From Carcharhinus amblyrhynchos (Eukaryota), in contig OZ336882.1 in NCBI GenBank assembly GCA_965287045.1, positions 35,526,001 through 35,590,000 of the forward strand: a DNA stretch of 64,000 nt, in the 5' to 3' direction. The position numbers and the translations under genes are program-made. This document shows, one piece after another, positions 46,901 to 56,060 of this stretch (the first letter of the stretch is position 1; every line of letters starts with the position of its first letter). The notes beneath the pieces are model-generated. The model did no database searches and was not told the origin of the DNA. It saw nothing but the letters and a program-made list of their open reading frames with translations.

Positions 46901-48645
46901 CTTTTGGTTTAGTGATTAATTTATTCTATAATAGAGCAGAATTTATGCTGTGACTATCCACTGAAATCATAAATCATTGCCTAGTGTCGTCAGAAGAGAA
47001 ACATAAAAAAAGTGGTGGTATAGGTCCATTGAGATCCTCAACCTCAGTGTCATATTCCCACTCTCCCCCGGACAGTGGTTGGCACAGCTGCCTCAAAGCA
47101 CCAGGAGGCCAGGCTCAATTCTAGTCTTGAGTGATTAAGGAGTTTGCACATTTTCCTAGTGTCTGCGTGGGTTTACCCTGGGAGCTCCAAGTTGAGCAGG
47201 TTCGGTGAATTGGCCTTGCTAAATTGCTTCTTAGCATCCAAAGATGTGTAGGTTAATTGGGGGGAGGGGGAGAGAGAGAGAGAGAGAGAGAGAGACCTGG
47301 TTAAGGTATTCAGAGTCAATGCAGATTCAACAGGCCAAACAGCCGCCTTCTGCACTTCTATGATTCTATATCTCAAATATTAGTGTCTAGAAAGCTGTAG
47401 CGAATTCTACAGGTTTACCACCATGAAGAAGTTTCTCCTCACTGAAATCCTAAATGGCATCCCCCATATCCTGAGTCGACAAACCTTTGCTCCAGATACC
47501 TCAAGCCAGAGGAAATATTACCTCTGCATTCAATTTGTTCAGCCCTGTCAGAATTTTATCTTTTTCAATGAAATCCCTCTCATTTTTCTGAGCTCATCCT
47601 TTCCAGTTTCTGAGAATCAGGAAAAGCAGTTAAGTGGCTTTCTGACTCAACCCACAAAATCTAAGGCGTACATCTAATTTTCTGTGCCTTCACTATTAAA
47701 GGATATACCCAAGCACCTATACTTCTGTTTTTTTAATATAAAATGAGCATTTTCTCTCCAACAATCAGGTACAAGATTAGATTCACCTTCCACCCTAAAA
47801 TCCCTTCCCAACATTTTTAACTTTACAAGTCCTTCTAAATCACATATCTATTCAATATATTGTCTATGCTCTGGGCTCACACTGTTGGCATTCTATACTT
47901 GTTCTGTGTATTCAACCATTAACATCCAAGACAGAAAACAATCCTGGTTTTAAAATCAGTTTAGTATTTTGACTATAACTGACTAAAATTAGCAACCACT
48001 GTGCCCTAACAAAACCTTAGCCAGTTAAGATGTTTTTTTTAACGTGACCAGTCTAAGGGTTAATATGAACAAACGTAAGTACTTTTTATGTATGTCTGCT
48101 GAGATGCATAAACTTAAAATAGTCAAACATCGTCATATTAGTTGTTCTGGTGCTTTTAAGCCATGCAATGACTATACAAAGTAGAATATAATTGGACACT
48201 AGATACAAAGACCACTAATTGGGATTTTCACTAAAGGACACAAGAGTAAAATCATTGTGTCAAAGCAACTTGCCTAGTGAGAACATAATTTAATTGATTC
48301 AGTTATTATAAATTCATGGAAAGAATCAGAGAATACAATCACTTGAAATGAAAATCCCAAAATCACAGAATAAAGTTTTAAAGTTGAGGCATTGTATACT
48401 AAATGTTTTGCTGAAAAATCATCCTTTCCAGTTTCAACCTCCCCCCCGCACCCCCCACACAAATGCATAAATAAAAAGAAACACATACTTGTCTGCTTGT
48501 CCTGCATTTAAAGTATTCTCTGCTCTCATTCGGGTCAAGGCAGCAGCAGCTTCATCCAACGCACAGCTAACAGAAGAAGTCAGTCTTCGGAGTACCTCAG
48601 GATCTGCGAAGGCTTTACCATCAGCAGTGGATAATTTACCAATTC
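1689..48645 (-). CDS. ANKHD1: ANKHD1/MASK1 (ankyrin repeat and KH domain-containing protein 1), partial multi-exon gene; 18 coding exons, 3293 nt in window
   Basis: Spliced translation is open from GIGKLSTADGKAFADPEVLRR to LLDRKANVEHRAK. Residues recalled as ANKHD1-type rather than ANKRD17-type: RKLLDEG, HTVVSLAC, GHTNVVSYLLDYP, GTSKQKSS, LVSVLIAR, LLDKG, GRAEVVS. All introns are GT-AG with consistent phases. Confidence 0.93.
2630..2772 (-). CDS. ANKHD1: ANKHD1 exon ~19 (143 nt): VVELLLARGANKEHRNVSDYTPLSLAASGG...AEINS
   Basis: tag|GTG ... AG|gtatta; phase 0->2. Confidence 0.95.
3090..4140 (-). mobile_element. Degenerate CR1-like LINE RT fragment
   Basis: Reverse-complement CR1 RT-like stretches (minus ORF SYTKPWLDY; tcatcagcaaat = FADD-like on the minus strand). 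Confidence 0.55.
4782..4927 (-). CDS. ANKHD1: ANKHD1 exon ~18 (146 nt): GFTPLILAATAGHVGVVEILLDKG...SGGRQE
   Basis: tag|GT ... GAG|gtgaaa; phase 1->0. Confidence 0.95.
5335..5432 (-). mobile_element. Penelope-like terminal-repeat remnant
   Basis: aaatgttggaaaacctcagcagatctgacagcatctgtg; inverse of related pieces at ~6108-6185 and ~26044-26130. Confidence 0.45.
6405..6850 (+). mobile_element. DeuSINE (SacSINE1-like) followed by a LINE-type 3' tail
   Basis: tRNA-like head, Deu-domain-like ctggttcattaatgtc...cttacctgg, then ggactgcag...ttcaccacc...ccttct tail. Confidence 0.6.
7000..7045 (+). repeat. Perfect 23-bp tandem duplication (tccttgtaaagtgtgcaattagc x2)
   Basis: Direct reading. Confidence 0.95.
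7210..7321 (-). CDS. ANKHD1: ANKHD1 exon ~17 (112 nt): TESNHDTALTLACAGGHEELVSVLIARGANIEHRDKK
   Basis: tag|ACT ... AAG|gtatgc; phase 0->1. Confidence 0.95.
7420..8670 (-). mobile_element. Degenerate CR1 LINE (RT to 3' end)
   Basis: Minus ORF VYRALMRYL...SYPRKDVLSL resembles the CR1 C-terminus; ctgaggcccaagcactgat resembles the reverse of the PQGSVLGP codons. Confidence 0.7.
8821..8969 (-). CDS. ANKHD1: ANKHD1 exon ~16 (149 nt): AVSSRMPSGPNPPSHT...LYPSVEIDAQ
   Basis: ttttgcag|CAG (NAGNAG) ... CAG|gtaaac; phase 1->0. Confidence 0.92.
10770..11420 (+). mobile_element. CR1 LINE 3' fragment
   Basis: ttggttaggccacagctgg...aattctggtcac...aggaaggatgtga motif; gggccaaagggcct tail. Confidence 0.85.
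12330..13140 (+). mobile_element. Highly degenerate CR1-like LINE
   Basis: tttgcagatgacaccaag (FADDTK) and gacaaatgcaacgtaattcat (DKCxVxH). Confidence 0.55.
14110..14123 (-). other. Candidate 14-nt microexon GTTAGAAGGCTCAG
   Basis: aatttcag| acceptor, CAG|gtatga donor, TGCATG (RBFOX motif) at 14141-14146. Confidence 0.45.
14689..14735 (-). other. Candidate 47/43-nt cassette exon with tandem acceptors cag|ATAG|GAAAG
   Basis: Long pyrimidine tract, ctgcag acceptor, TGG|gtaggt donor; open as (I)GKLKSATASRTEDSG. Confidence 0.45.
14831..14887 (-). other. Candidate exon on one GAG|gtgaga donor: 5-nt microexon (14831-14835) or 57-nt in-frame exon (14831-14887)
   Basis: Acceptors tttttgctgcggcag| and tatttgcag|; the 57-nt form is open in phase 1-1 (ETWHGYQLHLKFTFCCGRR). 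Confidence 0.4.
15904..15930 (-). other. Candidate 22/27-nt microexon
   Basis: ctcttgtttcttacaaag| acceptor; donors CTT|gtaagg (22 nt) and AAG|gtatta (27 nt, contains an in-frame TAA). Confidence 0.3.
16993..17736 (-). CDS. ANKHD1: ANKHD1 exon ~15 (744 nt, symmetric phase 1-1): coiled-coil/Q-rich linker GTSKQKSS...TLTDTLDDIMA
   Basis: tag|GT ... CAG|gtgggt; lies within the 301-aa ORF 16934-17839; QPLECIVEETEGKL and EEQVQKKKKILKELQKVE motifs. Confidence 0.95.
17357..17398 (-). repeat. Coding CAG/CAA repeat, QQQTLQLQQQQQQQ
   Basis: Direct reading inside exon 15. Confidence 0.9.
18960..19320 (+). mobile_element. L2-type LINE 3' fragment
   Basis: ctcctttaacaagctccttaaaa...gctcctgtgaagcaccttggg...aaaggcac tail. 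Confidence 0.55.
21780..21832 (-). other. Candidate 53-nt poison (PTC) exon in intron 14
   Basis: gctaac branch point (21853-21858), ttgcttttgtag| acceptor, ATT|gtaagc donor; in-frame TAG after GENGD. Confidence 0.45.
24813..24915 (-). CDS. ANKHD1: ANKHD1 exon ~14 (103 nt): VPRVPVQALAMVVPPQEPDQSPANVGATLSVINK
   Basis: ttttttcag|GTT ... AAG|gtgagg; conserved MVVPPQEPD motif; phase 0->1. Confidence 0.93.
25050..26700 (-). mobile_element. Degenerate CR1 LINE fragments with an inserted Penelope-like remnant (~26044-26130)
   Basis: Minus ORF KEILVHLEKHSMIRTHQHGF resembles CR1 RT domains 2-3. Confidence 0.6.
26930..27130 (+). mobile_element. DeuSINE (Deu domain plus 3' tail)
   Basis: acccatctggttcattaatgtcctttaggaaaggaaatctgcc...tggttgactcttaactgccctctgaaat. 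Confidence 0.75.
27760..28700 (-). mobile_element. Degenerate CR1 LINE
   Basis: tatcacctgcaaat (reverse FAxD), ggtccaaggactaatccttg (reverse QGxVLGP). Confidence 0.6.
29135..29245 (+). mobile_element. HE1-type V-SINE, truncated
   Basis: ggtacagtggttagcactgctgcctca...gattcaattc (A/B boxes), ctgtgtggaatttgca V-domain start. Confidence 0.8.
29250..30310 (+). mobile_element. CR1 LINE RT/3' fragment
   Basis: gtaccacagggatcagtgctg (VPQGSVL); RVQRRLNRMLPGLEHFSYEE peptide. Confidence 0.88.
30342..30496. mobile_element. Penelope-like foldback: ~52-bp inverted arms 30377-30428 and 30445-30496
   Basis: Arms are near-perfect reverse complements; same sequence family as 49858-49985. Confidence 0.75.
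30542..31340 (+). mobile_element. Young 5'-truncated CR1 LINE whose 3' region contains a V-SINE core; 6-bp TSD atcctg
   Basis: IEVYKILKGIDRV...FFTQRVVGVWNALP...FKVQLDRHM peptide; CpG-rich; (ttctttg) tail; atcctg at 30536-30541 and 31341-31346. Confidence 0.8.
31614..32557. mobile_element. Possible solo LTR-like element
   Basis: TG...CA-like ends, internal AATAAA, non-coding; no TSD found. Confidence 0.25.
32570..32940 (-). mobile_element. LINE RT fragment in reverse orientation, same family as ~53600-53950
   Basis: gggcctagga...ctgaggaact (reverse VPQGxxLGP); tcaaatgctgccttgatatcaag (reverse LDIKAAFD). Confidence 0.65.
34165..34308 (-). CDS. ANKHD1: ANKHD1 exon ~13 (144 nt): DGSTMLIEAAKGGHTNVVSYLLDYPNN...PPSHDQSQ
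   Basis: tag|GAT ... CAG|gtgagt; phase 0->0. Confidence 0.95.
34439..34566 (-). CDS. ANKHD1: ANKHD1 exon ~12 (128 nt): GANVNRATANNDHTVVSLACAGG...PTHRLK
   Basis: cag|GG ... AAG|gtattt; phase 1->0. Confidence 0.95.
34885..35165 (+). mobile_element. HE1-type V-SINE with alternative 3' tail
   Basis: V-domain gggtttcc...gtgctccggtttcctc; tail ttcattgcagtgttaatgtaag...aataaa. Confidence 0.8.
35185..36295 (+). mobile_element. Degenerate CR1 LINE (RT to 3' end)
   Basis: tatttggatttccaaaatgcatttgat (YLDFQxAFD), gatcagtgctggagcct, LYKILVRP-like codons, ggctgaatggcct tail. Confidence 0.8.
37841..38180 (+). mobile_element. HE1-type V-SINE, near full length, with CR1-type tail
   Basis: B-box ggttcaattcc; V-domain ctcccacagtccaaagatgtgcaggttagg; gctgaatggtctcct...tgtagggat tail. 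Confidence 0.85.
38754..38841 (-). CDS. ANKHD1: ANKHD1 exon ~11 (88 nt): EHESEGGRTPLMKAARAGHLCTVQFLISK
   Basis: tag|GAA ... AAG|gtgaga; phase 0->1. Confidence 0.95.
39122..39231 (-). CDS. ANKHD1: ANKHD1 exon ~10 (110 nt): GANVHATTATGDTALTYACENGHTDVADVLLQAGADL
   Basis: tag|GA ... TTG|gtaaga; phase 1->0. Confidence 0.95.
40285..40476 (-). CDS. ANKHD1: ANKHD1 exon ~9 (192 nt): GANINAQTEETQETALTLACCGG...KYLLAA
   Basis: tag|GA ... CAG|gtgtgt; phase 1->1. Confidence 0.95.
41439..41676 (-). CDS. ANKHD1: ANKHD1 exon ~8 (238 nt): DGHVEVARLLLDSG...VALLLAQ
   Basis: tag|GAC ... G|gtatgt; phase 0->1. Confidence 0.95.
42189..42283 (-). CDS. ANKHD1: ANKHD1 exon ~7 (95 nt): GHLEMVRFLLEAGADQEHKTDEMHTALMEACM
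   Basis: tag|GG ... ATG|gtaagt; phase 1->0. Confidence 0.95.
43236..43469 (-). CDS. ANKHD1: ANKHD1 exon ~6 (234 nt): GNTALTYACAGG...ESALTLACYK
   Basis: tag|GA ... AAG|gtatgg; follows a 94-nt intron; phase 1->1. Confidence 0.95.
43564..43711 (-). CDS. ANKHD1: ANKHD1 exon ~5 (148 nt): VLLAVHANVEDRGIKGDITPLMAAASGG...AQSST
   Basis: cag|GTT ... G|gtaagt; ankyrin TPLMxA motif; phase 0->1. Confidence 0.95.
45729..45876 (-). CDS. ANKHD1: ANKHD1 exon ~4 (148 nt): RSLAEACSDGDVNAVRKLLDEG...AGYYELAQ
   Basis: tag|C ... CAA|gtaagt; phase 2->0. Confidence 0.95.
47070..47372 (+). mobile_element. HE1-type V-SINE containing a (GA)n microsatellite at ~47269-47295
   Basis: ggagtttgcacattt...gtgtctgcgtgggttt V-domain; tctatgattctat tail. 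Confidence 0.75.
48489..48645 (-). CDS. ANKHD1: ANKHD1 exon ~3 (157 nt, phase 1->2): GIGKLSTADGKAFADPEVLRRLTSSVSCALDEAAAALTRMRAENTLNAGQAD
   Basis: Acceptor aaag|GA, donor AA|gtatgt; peptide near-identical to the conserved MASK N-terminal segment. Confidence 0.92.
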
Positions 48646-49857
48646 CTTTTGTTTTGATTCATCACAGTTAGTAGGAGTGTTGCAGGCGAAAATGCAAAGA
48701 CACAAACATAACAGCCATACATTAAATGCAGTTCATGCACAAATAAGGTTAGTGAGCTTCATTTCATACTAAACATGCAATTTAAAATAAGATACAACTA
48801 AAATAACTTGACATTTCTGATTAAGGGATTGGAATATATATTAAGCCAGATGCTTCTGAAGACAGCAGCTTCCTTTCCTGCCTTGTCTCATTACTATTAC
48901 AAGCTTTTTAAAAAATTGTCAAGTTTTCAATTTCTACCCTGCCCAATACAAATGTACATCACAGGTTGATACAATTATTAAAAAGCAAAAATTAGATCTG
49001 AATCTTGAACATAATTTTGTACCCCTTCCTGTTCTTTTTGAACCAATATGAAAAGTACACTGTTTAAATTTGTCAGAAATATAGCCAACTAAGAAAGGTT
49101 GCCTTTGGTGCTGGATCATGAATTATGCAACTTGAAATTAAAATTTCAAGGCATGCAAATCACAGATCATTTATTCAAAAGCAGCCCTGGGACTAAATTT
49201 GAATTAACCTTCAGCAGTTTCAAACAAGCCTCTTTCAAAATGTTTGGACACCTGGTGAACTAACATGCTTTCTTCCATACTACAAAGCAAGTAGCTCTGT
49301 TAAGTGTTTAAAAATATATTTTTAGGGAACTATAAAAAAGTTAGTTTCACTCGAGAAACTTTCCCAGCTGCTACACCTGTGCTGATCCTTGTTTTTCCTC
49401 AAGTTATTTCCAGCTTTGTATCTAATACAGCCCATTGATTTGATGGTAGGCAACTGTTTTAACTTTGCATTCTTGCATCCTTTGCAAAGGATGTTAAAGA
49501 TCACCCTTTAAGCATTCACTTGTGAACAGAAAGCACTTTCAGGTTTGAAATAGTATAATGTAATAGTAAGATGCTTCATTACTTTAACATTTACATTGTT
49601 GCAAAGTGATTTTCGCTTCACAGCAACATTAAACTGCACTGGAAACCTGGAGTGAGTTTTTGACTTGTATCCAGAAAGAAAATGTGAGGACGCATGAAAG
49701 AGATATTACTAAGATACCGCAAAATATTGCTCCTGAGGGGCATTAAACCATGGTTGTCAAACGGTGGTGCTAAGTCCCAGCAACCTCCAGGTGTATTTTT
49801 TAAACCCACCTGCCTGTTGGCCAGGATTATAAATAGAACACTGGCTGAAACAGATAA

Positions 49858-50220
49858 GATGTGGGTATGCCAGCATTTTACTGTGTTTACGCCAGTCCAA
49901 AGTCTGACAACACCAGGTTTTAGTCCGACCGATTTATTTGATAATAGACTCAAGCTTTCGGGGTTAGTCCCTTCGTCAGGTGAATGGAGTGTTCTGGCCT
50001 CAGACAGAGCATATAAAGCACAGACAGTTTAGAGATTACTGATTGGAATGCGAATCCTTATACCTAACCTGCTGTTCAAGACCTGAAGTGGCTGACAATG
50101 TGAGTGGAAGGAGCACTGATCACAGGTTAAAGAGATGTGTATTGTCTCCAGACAGTAGAGTAAGTGAGGTTTTGCAAACCCAGGCAAGTCACGGGGGTTA
50201 CAGATAGTGCAACATGGTTC
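49858..50220 (-). mobile_element. Penelope-like element end with hammerhead-like core
   Basis: Shares ~50 bp with the 30377 arms; minus strand reads CTGACGA-agggactaacccc-GAAA-gctt. Confidence 0.6.
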
Positions 50221-51549
50221 ATGTAGTTAAATGAAGAAATTCGAAGGTTGCTGCACAATTTATCCTGTTTCTTCATCATTTGCATTAATTACATTGTTAC
50301 TTGGGTGAGAGACCCATCATTCAAACATAAAGGATGTGAATTAACCACACTTTTCCATTAGTTAACGATTAGCCAAGTCAGGATAAGGCGACAAGAGATT
50401 TAAAGATTTTAAAATTATGAAAAATGTTAATAGAGCTAATGGAGAGAAACTTTCCAGCAGGAGAGTTGGTAACAAGGAAACTGGGTGAAATTACTTTGAA
50501 TATTTTTCCTTTTGAAAGTTAGTAAACATATTTATACATACAAAATACATATAATATGAAGTTACCACAAAAATACCCTTTTGAAGTTGGCTGTGATCAG
50601 AAATCGACAATTTTGCTACAATGCTGATGTAATATCAAAGTTGTCAATGATAATTTTTGTAAAGCAGTACCACTATAGTTATCAAAATAAAAACAAGCCC
50701 AAAATTCCTGTAAGTCACTCAACAGCACTTGCCATTAGTTACCGACTTGGCCTTCCCCATTGCTGGAAGTCCAAGGTGGAAATGACATGGCACTTTCTCA
50801 AGTTTATCTCATATCTTGACTAAACAGTGCAGGCAAGTGCATCTTCTTAACTAAGGGGGTTGAAAGATTGTGAAATGAACTGCGCAAGGTCTGAACTAGG
50901 AAGAAGTTAGAATGGTGAATTTAACATTAAATCAGTTTGTTAAAAGTTGAAGGCAAAGAGAAAGAAATAACAAGTTTTAATTCTTGTTTTCAACAGTCAA
51001 AAACTGAAGGATTGAGACTTTTATTAACACATTTTTAGTGCCAGAGAAGTTGAGTGTCAGTAATGATACTGCAAAGGATTATAAGGATACTCAGATTTAA
51101 AATTCTGTGGTGCATTTACTTCATATGTACTGTTAAGTACAGGAAATACATGCCACTATGCAATTTTATAGGGAACCAGACAGCAAAAACCAATTTTCAT
51201 CAAGCCAATGTCACAGCATCATATTTTTGTGTTTGTTCTTGCACCTGTCCTTGCTGGACATCGCTATGTTCCTGCACCTAAATAACGAAGACTATTCATC
51301 TCAACATTATTCTGACAGCAATTATTGGGCCAATGACTACTAATTGAAAAAGTCAAAAGCTGGTGGTTGGGAAAAGCATGATTCCCATTCATGAGGAATG
51401 CAACTTACAGGGATATATGGAGACAGTGTGTGAAGAATCCTAGCCCATCAGCTTCGGAAGCTTCTCCAGTCCTCTCCTTTAGTCCCATTGACCAAACCAG
51501 CTGGCCGATCAATAGTATGGAGCATTGCAGGCCTAACTGGCTCATGAAA

Positions 51550-54050
51550 CCACTGGTTCACTAATGCCCTTTAGGGAAGCAAATATGTCATGGTTATCTA
51601 GTGTGGCCTATGTGACTCCAGATCAACAATGTAGTTGGCTCAAATTGCCCTCTGAAAATGGCTGACCAGACAATTCAACTTTCTATAAAGAAGTTTAATA
51701 AGAATAAAACCTGGTGAATCACTCAGGATTGACTGAGGCACTGGATTGGTAAAGGCATAGCCTCCCTGATAAATACCCTCACTTACATCTGGGGAGTAAT
51801 GCCAAAATTGGGAGAACTGTTCCACCAATCAGTCAAACTACAGTTCATACTATTCCACTGGATGTGGTGACACAATGGTATACAATCTGAAGGTAGGGGT
51901 CTGGGATTCTTCAACAATGACTCTAGACCTGAAGTCCAATGGCACCAGGTCAAAAATGGGCTAGCAAGGCTGACCATCTACTGCCATTTGTGAATATTCC
52001 ATGTTGAACACCACTTGGAAGAAGCACTGAAGGCAACAAAAGATCTCAATGTCCATCACCAAGAGTGGCTCAAAAATACAACAACCGATCAAGCCAGCCA
52101 CATCTGAAGGACATATCACCGAGAACAAGGATATTAATGAAGTTTCTTCCTCCCACTGTTTATTTAGCCACCAGTATTCAGGCCACATGATAGGGATCAT
52201 TTAGCTCTTATTTCAGATTTGCAGTATTTTGCACTTATTGGCATCACTGCACAGTGGGGACTACAGCAGGTGGTGAGAACCAACACAAGAAACCCAACCT
52301 CATCCTCACTAATATTCCTTGTTGCAAATGCATCTATTACGGCAGCAGGAGAGAAAGTCTCAGCTTTGCACTGCAAAATCCCTCTATCATATTGTATGGC
52401 ACTATCAGTATGCTAAATGGGACAGATTCGGAAAAGATCTCAGCTTAAAAGCTAGGCATCAATGAGGCACAATGGATCAGCAGCAAGACGCACTCAAACA
52501 CAATTTGCTTTGCAACTTTTTTAAAAAAAATTTGAGATGTGAGCTTTGCTGGCTATGCCAGCATTTACTGCCCATCTCCAATTGCTTTCAAGAATGTGGT
52601 GGTGTTGGTATACCCACAGTGCTGTTGAGGAGGGAGTTCCAGGATTTTACCCAGCGACAGTGAAGGATTGAGAGCAGCTTGGAAGGGAACTTCCAGGTGG
52701 TAATGTTTCCATGTCTCTGTTGCCCCTGATTTTTTAGATGGAAATGGTCATGGGTTTAAAAGGGGATAAGGAGCCTTAGTGAGTTCCTGCAGTAAATCTT
52801 ATGGATGGTACACACTGCTGCCACTGTGTCAGTGGTGGAGGGAGTGCATGTTTGGGGATGGGGCACCAATCAAGTGAGTTGTTTTGTCCTGGATGGTGTC
52901 AACCTTCAAGGTTTTGTTGGAGCTGTGCTCATTCATCACACTTCTAACCTGTACCATGTAGATTGTGAAGTCAGGAGTTTCTTACTGTAGGATTCCTAGA
53001 CTCCAAGCTGCTGAAACAAAGCTTCATAGCAGAAGGAATACGTTATTGGCTGAACCAAGTAAAGCCCATCACATGTCCACTGAGTGGGAGTGAGCAAATA
53101 AACACTGGGAGAAAGCTCCATGAACATCCTCTTCTTCAATGACAGCAGAACTCAGCATTTGAGTACAAGACTGAATTGTTTGCAACCACCTTGAGCAAAG
53201 AATTCTGAGAAGGTGATCCATCTCTGCCAACTCCAGAGATCCACGTTATCAGAAAAGCAGCCTTCAGTCAATTCAATTAGTCTACATGATATCAAAAATG
53301 GCCCAGTACAACAAATATAGCAAAGGCTATATGCCATGACAACATTCTGGCTAGAACACTAAAGACTTGTTCTGCAGAATTAGCCACATGATGAGTCAAT
53401 CTTTCCAGTCTATCTACAATGATACCTACCCAAGAAAATGGAAAATGGCTTAGTTATGTCCTTTCCACAAAAGGGACAAACTCAATCTGGCCAATTATCA
53501 CCCAGTCTACTCTCAATCAGGAAGTGTTGGAAGCAACAGTGCAATTAAGTGGCATTTATATCAGCAATGACTTCTGCATCAAAATGCAACACGGGTTTCA
53601 CCAGAATCACTTTGTCCCAGCCTCACTCAAACATTGACAAAAAGGGTTGAATTCCAGAGTGCAGGTAAGAGTGACTGCTCCCAACATTAAGGCACCATTT
53701 GATAAAAGTGCAGCATGAAGGAGTCCTTGTAAAATTGAAGTCACTCGGAATCAGGGAATAACTCTCCAGACTGGGGTCATAGCCATTGAAGCTTATTTTT
53801 CACATTCCAGGCCAATGAGCACTGCCCCAGGACATTGTTGCAGGAGTTCCTCAGAAGAATGTTCTAGGCCCAATCATCTTTATCTGCTTATCAACTTTTC
53901 CTCCAGCATTAGGTCAAAGTGGGGATGTTGCCTGATTGCACAATGTTCAGTCTCAACTGCAATTTCTTAGATAATGAAGCAGTCGGTCCCCACACGCATC
54001 ACAGCCTGGATGGCATTCAGACAAGTGCCTAGCAATGAACACCTACCAGA
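51550..54050. mobile_element. DeuSINE piece plus nested degenerate LINE fragments in both orientations
   Basis: ctggttcactaatgccctttagggaag Deu domain; gcaggagttcctcagaagaatgttctaggccc (GVPQxxVLGP); inverted tail at ~52535. Confidence 0.6.
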
Positions 54051-54999
54051 TGATAGAAATTAACCGCAGCAAATGTTGAGTTCGTGGCAACAGCTAAACC
54101 CCAGTTGCAAGGGCATGTGGTTTCCCACCAAAGCCTTTGGTTAATGTCTTCTAACATTTGTTTCTCTAAATGTTAGTAGTTTCACTTCAGCAACTAATAA
54201 AAAAAACCAAGAGAACAGCTGAACTAAGGGTAGGTGTGAAATGTATCCCATCTGAATGCAAGTCAACACTACCAGTCACCCTGTAAAATTTGCACTGAAC
54301 AAGAGTAAATTACTTCCACATTTCAAACTCTGCTTTTCACAAATGTAATTTTGACTGATTACTGCTAAGACCCTCAAACACTGCCAGAGCCATGCTACTA
54401 AAATTTATCTTGGTACAGGCACTAATCTAAAAATATAAATGCAGCTGATTTTCAGACAATTTATAATGTCGAATTTGAGAACCGAAAATAATAATAATAC
54501 AGCAATTACTACATTTTACATATAATCAGGATGCTCATGGCATATATTCATATTCTCTCCATTGATTCCCTTAATCACCACCACTCCATACTATGAATGT
54601 ATAAAATTGTACAATAGAAATCAGTTCACTAAATACATCAATACTCAATTCATTCAAATGTTTTTAATTCTCGGTGGGAAAATGCTTCAATTTTGTTAAC
54701 TATCAACTTCACTTTGTGCTCTCCCTTTTAATCTACTTACATCTATATTGCTCATTTTAAAAACGTCTAATATTTCTTGATATTTGTGTATGGAAATCCA
54801 AAATTATGAAGCCAAATGGGCTTATGTAATACTGTTTTATATAGCTACATGCCAGACTTCCACTTTGAAAGCATCATAAATCACCTGAAACTCTTCCATA
54901 AGCAGCAAGCGTACTTAACATAATAGGCATGGCGGGCAAGCAGCCTCGTGTAGTACCTTTGGTATCAAGAAATTTAGCAACTGCAAACAACAATTCATT

Positions 55000-56060
55000 G
55001 AGAAATTGGACAGCAGGATGTGGTTCGGGGGTACTTTTAAAGAAGTGAAGGGTGGAGAAGCAGAAATTGGCCAAGAAATTCCAAGTGCATGGAAACAAAG
55101 CTCACTTGAAGGGACAGTGTGATGATGCCTAAAGAGTCAGAGATGATGTCTTGGAGGATACAGGAATCCAGAAGGTTATAAAGACCTGTTGAAATCCAAA
55201 GTAAAAGCCTCATTTCACACCAAATGTTGGACTAATTGACAGCACAGAGGGAATCAAGAAGCCAAGGACTATTAGAGCAGGGTGCCAACTGCATATGTGT
55301 ATAAGCTGCACCACATCTATAAATGGTAGTGCCCACAGGCAGGATATAGGCAAGAAGAGTCAGGGGTTGTAAAGGAAAGGACTTTGGAAACTACGTAAGT
55401 GATGAGATTTAGGGGGAGAGAAGCCATTGCCAAGCCAGCCAGTGACATCCATGTTCCAGGGATTACAGGTACATCTGAATAGGAGTAAAAGCAGGTGAGG
55501 TCATTCCATGCAACTGGAATAGAGAAAAAGGATAACAGAATGATGTAGTCAACCATATGAAACATCTCAAAGTTTAAGACAAAGAAAGATCATCCACCTC
55601 AAATTACAGCCACAGAGGATATCGTTGATGATAATGAGGATTACTTTGGTAGTGTAAAGGCTGAAACTGCGTTGAAAAGAATCAGATTGTGTCCATCTCC
55701 CCATGACACTATGTTGAAAAGTAACAACATGTTCAAAGATTTTAGAGAAGGAAGAAGATTTGAGATAGCCGAGAGTTGGCAAGCAAGTTTTTCTTAAAAA
55801 AAACTTTAAAAAAGGAGGTATAATGAATGATTTTAAAGACAAAGAGGGAGGCGCACTGACAATATAAGTCAGCAAACAAGCCAGAAGATAAAACTGCACA
55901 GGATTTGAATGGGAAGGGGTCCAAGGAGGCTAGAGATGTCCTTGTGGACATGTACTTGGAGAGATTAGGAACATTTAAAGGATATGCTGCAGTGGGACTA
56001 GCTTTCACAGAAATCATAGAAAATAGGACTTCAGGACTGGCACTGAAATGCTTTGCAGAG
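55000..56060 (-). mobile_element. Degenerate L2-like LINE RT
   Basis: Minus frames resemble L2 RT (ANSRLSQI, QSDSFQR..YTTK..IINDIL). Confidence 0.55.
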
